This document shows positions 1 to 10,372 of a stretch of 64,000 nucleotides of DNA, piece after piece (the first letter of the stretch is position 1; each line of letters starts with the position of its first letter). Location of the stretch: assembly GCA_951406725.2 (NCBI GenBank), contig OX597840.1, positions 16,182,001 through 16,246,000 on the forward strand, given 5' to 3'. Below the pieces are notes generated by a model that worked only from the letters and a program-made list of their open reading frames with translations, searched no databases and had not been told where the DNA came from. The position numbers were made by a program, and so were the translations under genes. Source of the stretch: Octopus vulgaris (lineage: Eukaryota).

Positions 1-19
1 CACTCACAGAAGACCAGTC

Positions 20-453
20 CATACACATACACCAACCAATATATATACACACATACATATACACACACATACACATACATACATATACATACACATATAC
101 ACATATATATATATATACATATATACTCATACACATATACATACACATACCCACTCACACATATATACACACACACATACATATACATATACATATACAC
201 ATATATATATATATATATATATAAAAAGGGAAGCTTTATGAAAATATATACACATATACACACATACACATACACATATACATGCGCACACATACACACA
301 CACGCGCGCGCATCCACATATACACACAAGTACATACATGCATAAATGTATACATATGTCTACACACATGCACACACATCCACACACACACATATACACA
401 TACACACACACATATATACACATCCATATACACATACACACATACACACACAT

Positions 454-513
<60 letters not shown>

Positions 514-589
514 TTACACACACATCTACACATATATATATACACATACACATACACACACATATACATATACATACATATATATATAT

Positions 590-636
<47 letters not shown>

Positions 637-905
637 GTGTATATATACACACATATATATATATACACACACACATACACATACACACAAGCACATACAT
701 GCATAAATGTATACATATGTTTATACAAGTGCATACACATACACACACTCTCACGATCCTCCTTATATACATAAATACATACATGCATACAAACGCATAC
801 TCATGTAATAAATAATGAATAATAAATAATAGATATATATACACATGCAGTTACCCTTTGTACAGACGGAAACATACATATAAGCATACACGTATATACC
901 CATCT

Positions 906-988
<83 letters not shown>

Positions 989-1010
989 CATACATATATA
1001 TGTGGATGTA
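20..1010. repeat. Compound (CA)/(TA) microsatellite
   Basis: Direct observation. Confidence 0.97.
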
Positions 1011-1239
1011 CAAGTGGGAGTCTCCCTGCTTGCCTAAAACCCTATTTTTCTATTTATATTTTTTTATTTTTTATTTTTTATTCTTTTATTTATTCTTTTA
1101 TCTACTTTACCACCGATTCCTTTGACCACTCCCCTTATAATGACAGTTTTGCGCCATGCCTACCCCCCAAAAAAGTCCCCCACCACCACCCATTTAAACC
1201 TGCCTAAATGTATAAATGCCAAAACAACTCTTGTCTACT

Positions 1240-1290
1240 AGCTTCCTGATGATTTCTTTTGAATGAAACAGTTCTAGTCCTGTAGAAGCT
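1240..1290 (+). ncRNA. Type I hammerhead-ribozyme-like motif (weak stem II)
   Basis: AGCTTC-CTGATGA-t TTC tttt GAA t-GAAA-CAG..CTG-TA-GAAGCT: stems I and III pair, GUA triplet. Confidence 0.6.
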
Positions 1291-1512
1291 CCTTCTATAA
1301 AATAAATATATATATATATATATCCTAAGCAATTAAGGGTTTAGCAACGAATTGCCTTACCGCACACCGAATTTAGAAATAGCAGTCAAAGAGATTATAG
1401 CTATTTCTTCTACTAAAAGGGAGATCTCAGTAAAAACACAGCATTTGAAAGGCAAACACAAACAGGTAAGAGAGAATGAAATAACGGCAATCTATCATAC
1501 AGTTTTAAGTCA

Positions 1513-1604
1513 CCTACGGACGTACGTTTCGAGATCAAGTCTTAGGAAAGCGTAAGAATTAGATAATTCTACCTTACCCAAACTTTTTCTCTCATCAGCG
1601 CAGG
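1513..1604 (-). ncRNA. Inverted copy of the 2020-2111 hammerhead ribozyme
   Basis: Reverse complement with intact core. Confidence 0.78.
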
Positions 1605-2019
1605 ATACAAACAATCATGAATGATTGTATATTGAATTTTGAGATACTAGAAGGCACCAACTCAACTCAGTATCAGAGCGAGCTAGAAGCCACAACTAGT
1701 ATCACCAAATTCAAAGTGTGAATGAAAGTTTGTGTCACCAGCCCCTTCCCACCCGCGTGTAGCCAAGACAAAGTGCTGTGGTCATTATTAATTAATTTCA
1801 CCCTTCATTGTTACTGATAACCATATTCATCCCAGTAAATGACCACAGCACTTTGTCTTGGCTACACGCGGGTGGGAAGGGGCTGGTGACACAAACTTTC
1901 ATTCACACTTTGAATTTGGTGATACTAGTTGTGGCTTCTAGCTCGCTCTGATACTGAGTTGAGTTGGTGCCTTCTAGTATCTCAAAATTCAATATACAAT
2001 CATTCATGATTGTTTGTAT

Positions 2020-2111
2020 CCTGCGCTGATGAGAGAAGAAGTTTGGGTAAGGTAGAATTATCTAATTCTTACGCTTTCCTAAGACTTGATCTCGAAACGT
2101 ACGTCCGTAGG
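2020..2111 (+). ncRNA. Type I hammerhead ribozyme with long stem II and palindromic minimal stem III
   Basis: CCTGCG-CTGATGA-GAGA...TCTC-GAAA-CGTACG-TC-CGTAGG. Confidence 0.8.
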
Positions 2112-2398
2112 TGACTTAAAACTGTATGATAGATTGCCGTTATTTCATTCTCTCTTACCTGCTTGTGTTTGCCTTTCAAATGCTGTGTTTTTACTGAGAT
2201 CTCCTTTTAGTAGAAGAAATAGCTATAATCTCTTTGACTGCTATTTCTAAATTCGGTATGCGGTAAGGCAATTCGTTGCTAAACCCTTAATTGCTTAGTA
2301 TTACTTAAATTTTCCTCGAATGAGGCTTTTACATGCCGAAGACTACTTGGTGTAATTGATAATTATTCCAAATTAATTAATTTCACCCTTCATTGTTA

Positions 2399-2474
<76 letters not shown>

Positions 2475-2762
2475 CGTTACCGTGACCGACCAGGCTATCA
2501 GATGTTGCAACACATCGCTGGTTACAATGCGCTTCGCATTGTTTTAGCCTTCAAATGATGCCATCCCGCTGGCTAAGCTAGCAGGCCAACAGAAGAAAGA
2601 GTGAGAGAAAGTTGTGGCGAAAGAGTACAGCAGAGATCGCCACCACCCCCTGCCGGAGCATCGTGGAGCTTTAGGTGTTTTCGCTCAATAAACACTCACA
2701 ATGCCCGGTCTGGGAATCGAAACCGCGAGTCCGCTGACCTAACCACTGGGCCATTGCACCTC

Positions 2763-2849
<87 letters not shown>

Positions 2850-2881
2850 TTTATTTTAAGCAGCAGAAAATTCAACAAAAT

Positions 2882-2919
2882 CTGTTACTCTGAGTTTCTC
2901 GTTGCCGTTCATCAGACAG
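2882..2919 (-). ncRNA. Minimal hammerhead-like motif in a short (TA)n-embedded element
   Basis: Minus strand CTGT-CTGATGA-aCGgcaaCGa-GAAA-CTCaGAG-TA-ACAG. Confidence 0.6.
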
Positions 2920-2929
2920 TTTTTGCTAG

Positions 2930-2968
<39 letters not shown>

Positions 2969-2970
<2 letters not shown>

Positions 2971-4575
2971 AGAGGGTCCTAGCAAGACCACTGCGGTCTC
3001 TCTTTCAGAGCTTCCTTGCAACTGGCAAACTTCCAAGAAAACTGAAGGAAGGTAAAATATGCCCTATTCATAAAGGAGGTAGCAGAGCGGAGGCCAAGAA
3101 CTACAGACCTATCTCTCTCACCTCACACATCAGCAAGGTCATGGAACGAATAGTCAGAAGGAAACTAATCACCTTCCTTGAAGAAAATGACTTGCTGCCT
3201 GACACCCAACATGGTTTCCGACCAGGAAGAAGCTGCTTAACTCAGCTCCTACAACACTATGACTGGGTGCTGAAATGACTGCTCAACCACTCAAATGTGG
3301 AAGTCATATATCTCGACTTTGCAAAGGCCTTTGATAAAGTCGATCATGGAATGATATGTCACAAACTGCGTGATCTTGGCATAGTTGGAAAATTGGGAGA
3401 ATGGCTTCATGACTTTCTGAAGAATAGAAGTCAGGTGGTAGTAGCCAATGGGGACACTTCCATTAACACGCAAATAGTGAGCGGTGTTCCGCAGGGCACT
3501 GTTTTGGGACCACTACTGTTCATAATGGCCCTCTCAGACATGCCCTCAGCCACGCAGAGAGCCACGATCACAAGTTATGCAGATGATACAAAAGTTTCAC
3601 AGGCAATACAGAACCCTGAAGACACTAAGCACCCGCAATGTGAGCTGGACGAAATATACAAGTGGGCTGAAAAGAATAGCATGCAGTTCAATGCTGAAAA
3701 GTTTCAAGCTTTATGCTATCAGCATGCAAAACTGAATGCAATACCCAATGAATACACTGGACCCGGAGGGATTGCAATCCCAGAGGCACAATCAGTGCGT
3801 GACCTGGGTATTCACATGAGTGATGACGCGACCTTTCATGTACATGTTGCTAAACTGGCAATGAAATGTAGACGGCTGGCCGGATGGATTCTTAGAACCT
3901 TTAGAACAAGAGAACAAGAAACCATGATGGTCCTCTGGAAGACACTTGTCCTAAGCCACTTTGACTATTGCTCTCAGCTATGGTCACCATCCAGTGTCAA
4001 GTTGATCACAGAACTTGAGGCGATCCAACGAAGCTACACGAAGAAGATAGCCTCTGTGCAGCATATAAGCTACTGGGAAAGACTCAAGAGATTAAAGCTC
4101 TATTCCCTGGAGCGTAGGCGAGAAAGATATGCCATAATATATATCTGGAAGATCCTGGAAGGACTTGTCCCAAACTTTGGCATCGAGAGTCACACAAATG
4201 CCAGAACCGGGCGCCACTGCGTAGTACCAAGGACTCCAAATTTGCCATCAAGATGTAGGACAAGATACTGTGATAGCCTGGGCTTCAGAGGCCCACAGCT
4301 CTTCAATATCCTCCCGAAGAACCTGAGGGACCTGCATGGTGTAGATGCGGATGTCTTTAAATTAGGACTGGATCTCTTCCTGTCAGGTGTCCCGGATGAA
4401 CCAACTTCACGGCAGGAGGTGCAGATGAGGGCAGCTGCATCGAACTCTCTCATGCACCAAATGGCAGTTGCTAAAAAGCATTCGTGAGGTAAAATCATGT
4501 AGCAAACCAAATGGCGGTGCCCCAACATGGCCGCAGCTCATTAGCTGAAACTGGAAAAATCAAAATCAAAATCAA
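2969..4575 (+). mobile_element. 5'-truncated CR1/L2-like LINE (reverse transcriptase), one in-frame stop at 3276-3278
   Basis: NYRPISLTS, QHGFR, YLDFAKAFD, SGVPQG, YADD motifs; ORF ends 4487; (AAAATC)n tail; inserted in (TA)n. Confidence 0.9.
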
Positions 4576-4630
<55 letters not shown>

Positions 4631-4689
4631 AAAAGATCTCAGAATTTTAATTGATTTGCTTTTCGCAGGAAGGAATTTTTCATTCGAAG

Positions 4690-4755
4690 TATACGTCTCG
4701 CTTTTATCCTTCGAAACGTTTAGTAGATGAAACTTTAGCGACTGAAGAAGGGGAT
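4690..4755 (+). ncRNA. Candidate non-circularly permuted hammerhead ribozyme, copy 1
   Basis: TATACG-TC-TCGCT ... ATCCTTC-GAAA-CGTTTA ... AGCGA-CTGAAGA-AGGGGAT, with all three stems complementary. Confidence 0.65.
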
Positions 4756-5524
4756 TTTTCGTTGTGCTTATTGTCCTGTATCTCTCTTTTTTTGCCTGTC
4801 TTGTTCCTTGGTTTGTGTCTATGTTTTTCGTCTCTCTATGTGTTCGACGTCTTTTTGGTGTCCTGTACACATATATGCGTGTATATGTACATGTAGAGGT
4901 AGGTACGTACATATATGTTTATATATATGCATATATTTTATTAACATATTATCCGACTAAACGCACGCACCCTATTAAGTAAGATTGTTCTGTTTATCAA
5001 GTTCGCCTTGATATTAACTCTCACGCGACTCTGCATCTTTCTTTCTTTCTCTCCCATTCCCTTTTTCGTCTTTTTTCCCTCACTTAACTTGTCTCTTCCT
5101 CTCTCTCTCCCCCTCACTGTTCTTCATGGTCTCCTCGCACCATTCCCCTTCTTCTCTCTCTTCCTCTTGCTCCTCCTCCCCCATTCCCGTCGTCCATCTG
5201 CGACGGTACTTCCGTCGTAACTGCTATCCTGTCCTTTCTCGCCCGCCTTCTAAGGCCACTGGTCGACTTCTTCCTCTCTCGTCGTCCACTATAATCCAGC
5301 GTTTGCAATACTTTTTTCGTCTGGCGTTAACAGCCCTTCTTATCTTGTTCTCCTTGTCCTGTCTCTCACTGTTATATATTTATTTTTCCACTGTTTATAT
5401 ATATATTTTTTACTGTTTATATGTTTGTACTGTCGTTACCGTCTTGCTTTTTGTACCCCTCTGCGAAAAGATCTCAGAATTTTAATTGATTTGCTTTTCG
5501 CAGGAAGGAATTTTTCATTCGAAG

Positions 5525-5590
5525 TATACGTCTCGCTTTTATCCTTCGAAACGTTTAATAGATGAAACTTTAGCGACTGAAGAAGGGGAT
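5525..5590 (+). ncRNA. Candidate non-circularly permuted hammerhead ribozyme, copy 2
   Basis: Same as 4690-4755; the single difference lies in the unpaired linker. Confidence 0.65.
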
Positions 5591-5777
5591 TTTTCGTTGT
5601 GCTTATTGTCCTGTATCTCTCTTTTTTTGCCTGTCTTGTTCCTTGGTTTGTGTCTATGTTTTTCGTCTCTCTATGTGTTCGACGTCTTTTTGGTGTCCTG
5701 TACACATATATGCGTGTATATGTACATGTAGAGGTAGGTACGTACATATATGTTTATATATATGCATATATTTTATT

Positions 5778-5816
<39 letters not shown>

Positions 5817-5818
<2 letters not shown>

Positions 5819-5957
5819 TCCATTCTAGCAACGGGAAACTCAGAGTAACAGGTTTTTCTTGAATTTTCTGCTGCTTTAAATAAAGCATATTACTCTACCA
5901 CTGGTATTTGATTACTCTTTTTTGCACCTTGTTTCACATTTATGTGTTTACTCCGGT
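5817..5957 (+). mobile_element. Short Penelope-like terminal fragment, same family as 2850-2931 and 36404-36623; CUGAUGA half of the hammerhead deleted
   Basis: Shares GAAACTCAGAGTAACAGG..GAATTTTCTGCTG..TTTACTCCGG(TA)n. Confidence 0.6.
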
Positions 5958-6278
5958 ATATATATATATATATATATATATATACTATATAGTGTATATT
6001 TATACACATAAGGAATCCACACTTAGGGGTATTAAATGGTAAATGTTTTTCATTTCCAAATTTATTCCTGTCGAATTTTATCTATTATTTTTCTGGTTAT
6101 CTAATGTGTTGAATCTCACCCTAAGTGTGGATTCCTTATGTGTATAAATATACACTATATCGTATAACTAATATATAGTCTTCTTGACAAAATTTTTTTT
6201 TGCACGCTAGACCACTGGAAATGTAAATTTTGATTGAATATTTTTAATTTAATTAAATTCCATTTCCCTTTTGATATG

Positions 6279-6318
<40 letters not shown>

Positions 6319-6830
6319 CCTTGTCCTCTCGTACTTCGTATTTTTTGTTGTTTACGTTTTGTGACGTCCTGTGCCCACATATGCATATGTATGTACGTAT
6401 ACGTATGTATACTTGCATATATATATATGCATTCAGTGGTAAGGAGCACCGAGGATTTCTTGAGGTAGGCACTCCGAATGTATTTCATCTGATGGGTAAA
6501 TCCTGGTTCGCTTCATATCGAGAGGTGTGTGTGTGTGTTTGTCCTCCGCTATCACTTGACAAGCAATAATTGTGTAGTTACGTCCCCGCTATAAATGCAT
6601 TGAATCTGAACACTTTTTAGAAAATGTCCAGGCAAGTACCGAAGGGTTGGGGTCCTGAGGGGCACGTGCTCCCCTAAAGAATAGAAGTGCGGCCTTCTAA
6701 ATAATGTTATGATGCCCTTTTCTGCTGGAATTGTTTTCCCTTCTGACCTTGTACCCTCCTTTCGAAAAATTCCTGGGACTGCACCTGATGTTTGAGGCCC
6801 TTAGAGAAAATTTTGGTCCCCAGTTGTGGG

Positions 6831-8162
6831 TTGTCAATGGTATATTTCAATCGCTCCAGGTTGATTCTTGTAAAGACTTTGTTTGGAATGGAAAGCAAGG
6901 TAATTTCTCTCCACTTTTCACATTGTGATAAATCCCCACTCTTCGGCAGCTTCACCAAAAGACCCTTCTTCCAGTCGCTTGGGATCTTCTCTGTCGTTCA
7001 TACCAACTTCAGTACATTAAAGATACCATTGACAAGCAACTCAGAGATGAACAGGCAGGTTTCAGAAAGGAGAGGTCATGCACGGACCAGATTGCGACGC
7101 TCAGAGTCATCGTGGAGCAGACAATAGAATGGCAAACGTCACTCTTTGTGTGCTTCGTCGACTTTGAAAAAGCATTTGACAGCGTAGACAGACAGACAAT
7201 CTGGGACATCTTACGACACTATGAGAAGATCGTGGGCATTATCCGATTACTCCACGAGGTCATCCCTGCTGGAAGATTGTCCTCTCGTCGTGCTGGACTG
7301 GGTCACCAGGACGGCCTACTCTACCTCCGGGAAAGGTATTCAGTGCTCACTGATGAACAAGCTGGAGGACTTGGACTACGCAGATGATCTCGCGTTACTG
7401 TCACATCGCCGGCAAGACATGCAAGGTAGACCACCTGACAGAAACTTCACGGCGAGTGGGCTTGAGGATCAACCGGGAAAAGACAAAAGTGCTGCGTATC
7501 AACAACAAGCAGGAAGAGCCAATAACATTCGAGGGAGCACTTGTGGAGGACGTTAGTGAGTTTGTCTATCTTGGCAGCAAGATCAGCAAATCAGGTGGAT
7601 CAGACGAGGACATCACGGCAAGAAGCAAGAAGGCTTGGCAAGCCTTCGCTATTCTTCGGCCGGTATGGAAGTCCACTTCCATCTCAACTCGAACTAAACC
7701 CCGCTTATTTAGTTCAAACGTAAAATCTGTGCTTTTGTTTGGCTCTGAAACACGGAGAGCCACCTGCAGCAACTACAAGAAGATCCAGACCTTCATCAAC
7801 AAATGTCTCCGGCAGATCCTCCATCTGAAGTGGTTCGACAGAGTGTCAAACACCGACCTGTGGGAAAGGGCGAAACAGGAGCCCATACATGTTCAGATTA
7901 GACGAAGGAAATGGAGATGGATCGGGGACACACTGCGGAAAGAACCCTCGAATGTGACACGACAAGCACTTGACTGGAACCCGCAGGGGAAAAGGAAGCG
8001 AGGATGCCCGAAGCAGACATGGAAGCGGAGCATTTTGGACGAGCTCTGGACCACAGGCCTGACATGGGAAGCAGCCAAGAAACACACCAATGACCGCAAA
8101 AAGTGGAGAACACTTGTTGAGGCCCTTTGCTCCACAAGGGGCAAAAAGGATTAAGAAGAAGA
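6831..8162 (+). mobile_element. Degenerate RTE-clade LINE with an inverted 5' segment and 9-bp TSD (AGTTGTGGG)
   Basis: EQAGFR, FVDFEKAFDSV, DYADD, ALDWNPQGKRKRG; (GAA)n tail; TSD at 6822-6830 and 8163-8171. Confidence 0.88.
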
Positions 8163-8249
8163 AGTTGTGGGCTGTGACCCATTTGAAGCTGACTCCTGTT
8201 ACTTTATTAAATAATTTCTAATATGAGCCGAACGCCAGGTGTTTTCGAG

Positions 8250-8450
8250 GTAGTGACGGTGATGCTGGTGGTGTTAGTAGTGGCACTAGTGGTAGTGTTA
8301 GTGGTGTTTTTAGTGGTGGCACTGGTGGTGGAGGTGGTGTTGTTGTTAGTGGTACTGGCAATGTTGGTGGTATTCGTGGTGCTGGTGGTGTTTGTGGTGT
8401 TGGTATTGGTACTGGTGGTGATGGTGGTGGTAATGGTAGCTGAGGAGGTG
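8250..8450 (+). repeat. Degenerate (GGT)n microsatellite
   Basis: Visible triplet periodicity. Confidence 0.8.
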
Positions 8451-10173
8451 GGGAGTTACAAAGTAACCCAGACGATCCCCAATACTCGACTGGTGGTACT
8501 ATAGGGCGTTTTGTCCGGAGCTTTACAGTGATTTTACTAACCTATCGTCCTCAATAGATTTAATATCGATTTTTTTTTGCAGAGACAAAAGCACTAATTG
8601 GACGACGACGACCACCATCATCATCTAGGTGGAAATTGAACTCAGAACAGCAAAGGACTGGAACGGATACTGCAAAGCATCTCGTCTGCCGTTCGGACAA
8701 TTCCACAACTCAACCGCTTTTGTCTGGTACTCTATTGATCGCGGAGGAATGAAAATTAAAGATGGCCTCAGCGGGAATTGAACTTCGTTCGCAAATTAGC
8801 ACATTAGCGCGTGAATGGATTTATTCACACCATTTTGGGCACGACCTACCGACCCCTCACCTCATTTGTGGACTCGTAGTAGTTTGCAGACCTTTAACTG
8901 GAGACCACCGATACAGCATGTAATATATGTGGCAGATTTTGTATTGCAAATTGCATATCGGTATGTGAATTAGTAAATTGTATTTCTGTTAGAAAATACT
9001 CCTTTTCCTGTTGAATAAACATTCAGAGATATATCGTAACTAGAACATTATAATCACCATCAAAACTTTGCAATGTAATATTGGAAATAGGAGAATTTAT
9101 AGCAGGAATATTGGCAGAGTATTAAATACCACCTCATTGCCTAGGAATTGAACCTGAGACGCTGTATTGAGACGAAAAGTGAGTGTAAACACCAAAAGAG
9201 GGTTTTGTCAGGAACTGATGACGTCAGCGAGGAGTTAGCCAATCAAGTCCTTGCTAGATACATTCATAACCTGTTTTTATCAGTAGCTAGATTACCGGCG
9301 AAAACAAAATAGACCCATCAGATGCATAACACATTAGAATTCCACTTGTTGGCAGCGTTGAGGATCTGCGACAAGGCGTTCATGCAACTACTGAGCAAAA
9401 CAGTGATGCTCTGTATGGACAGCATGCTGAAGGACTGATCCCAGAGAGGGTGGATCATGCAACGAAATCCGAAAGTTGGTTTAGTTTGAAATGTCATTAA
9501 CAACTTTGTCTTTGGCGTCTTTTCTTTCACAGACTATATATAAAAACTGTTTTTATGGTGACCAGTCAGTGATTGTAACACAGCTACAGTAGTATTCAAT
9601 GACTACAGCAGTTTTCTATGATACGTGACACACACGAACTGAGTTACTCTTTTTCATCGTCGTCATGACAGCACTTTTTTTTAATGATAAAATAAATATT
9701 TTTGTATTTAGACTTCACACAAATTATGTTCTGTCAACTAACCAAATATTATGTTACAAATTAAAGAATCCATTAACAATTAAAATTCATCAATAACATA
9801 CAAGAGTTGTGTTGTGTTACATGGCGATTTTAAAACTATCAATTACCACATATCACTTCCCTTCCATATCCTCGTATATCTGTACAGTTCAAGGTTGATT
9901 TTTCTTTAGAAGGGCTTTTAAGTCGAAATATTAAAATATAAATTAAAAGTACAAGTACTTTTTTTGTTTAACATATATTTCCATTTTTTTAATTTCCAAC
10001 TTGCTTGAGAATAAACACTGTTCTAAATAAGCATATATTTAGTTTTACTAAATGTAGGTAGTGAAAATGTAATTTTTGTGTAGGAGAGATAAAAATAACT
10101 TTATAAAGTGCAAAAGCAAAAAAACAAAAAACACGACAAAAAAGCGAAAAGAAAATCGAGTGTTGATGGTAGC

Positions 10174-10179
10174 TTTATT
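10174..10179 (-). terminator. Polyadenylation signal AATAAA of hemocyanin copy 1
   Basis: AATAAA on minus strand ~190 nt after the stop, followed by a U/GU-rich downstream tract (~10110-10155). Confidence 0.65.
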
Positions 10180-10367
10180 GATATAAAGATTATATTGGAA
10201 ATGTATCTTCAATAATAATAACAAAAATAGGTTTGAGTATCGGAAATCTTTCTCGGTTTAGAGTGGTAGCTGTAAGGTTACTTATAATCGTCTGCTGCAT
10301 GTTGCATCAGAGAGCGTACTTCAGTGTTTCATATAAGAAAATAGAGGAACCCATTACAAGGAGAATT

Positions 10368-10372
10368 TCAAG
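10368..10372 (-). CDS. Hemocyanin copy 1 terminal exon, coding part (CT TGA) followed by ~200 nt 3'UTR
   Basis: Strong TTTCTTCTGTTTTTCCAG acceptor; phase 1 completes Ala then stop; poly(A) signal follows. Confidence 0.7.

Larger units (their letters stand above)
1325..2404. mobile_element. Penelope-like element remnant with inverted pseudo-LTRs (arms 1325-1786 and 1838-2298)
   Basis: ~460-bp near-perfect palindrome, a hammerhead in each arm, spacer repeats the 3' end (2372-2404), flanked by (TA)n. Confidence 0.75.
4627..5784 (+). mobile_element. Non-coding retrozyme/Penelope-like element: ~322-bp direct repeats (4627-4949, 5462-5784) around a ~510-bp pyrimidine-rich core
   Basis: Repeats nearly identical at offset 835; each carries hammerhead core segments; flanked by (TA)n. 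Confidence 0.75.

Noticed and set aside
127-1013. YI/HT/CV-repeat ORFs
   Set aside because: (CA)/(TA) microsatellite artefacts
2313-2352. Second hammerhead in the Penelope 3' end (CGAATGAGGC..GCCGAAGAC)
   Set aside because: Core is degenerate and stems I and III cannot be assigned
8223-8504. Val-rich hydrophobic ORF resembling a membrane protein
   Set aside because: Degenerate (GGT)n repeat with no splice or homology support
9214-9232. Hammerhead at CTGATGACG
   Set aside because: No matching GAAA segment or stems; better read as a CRE palindrome
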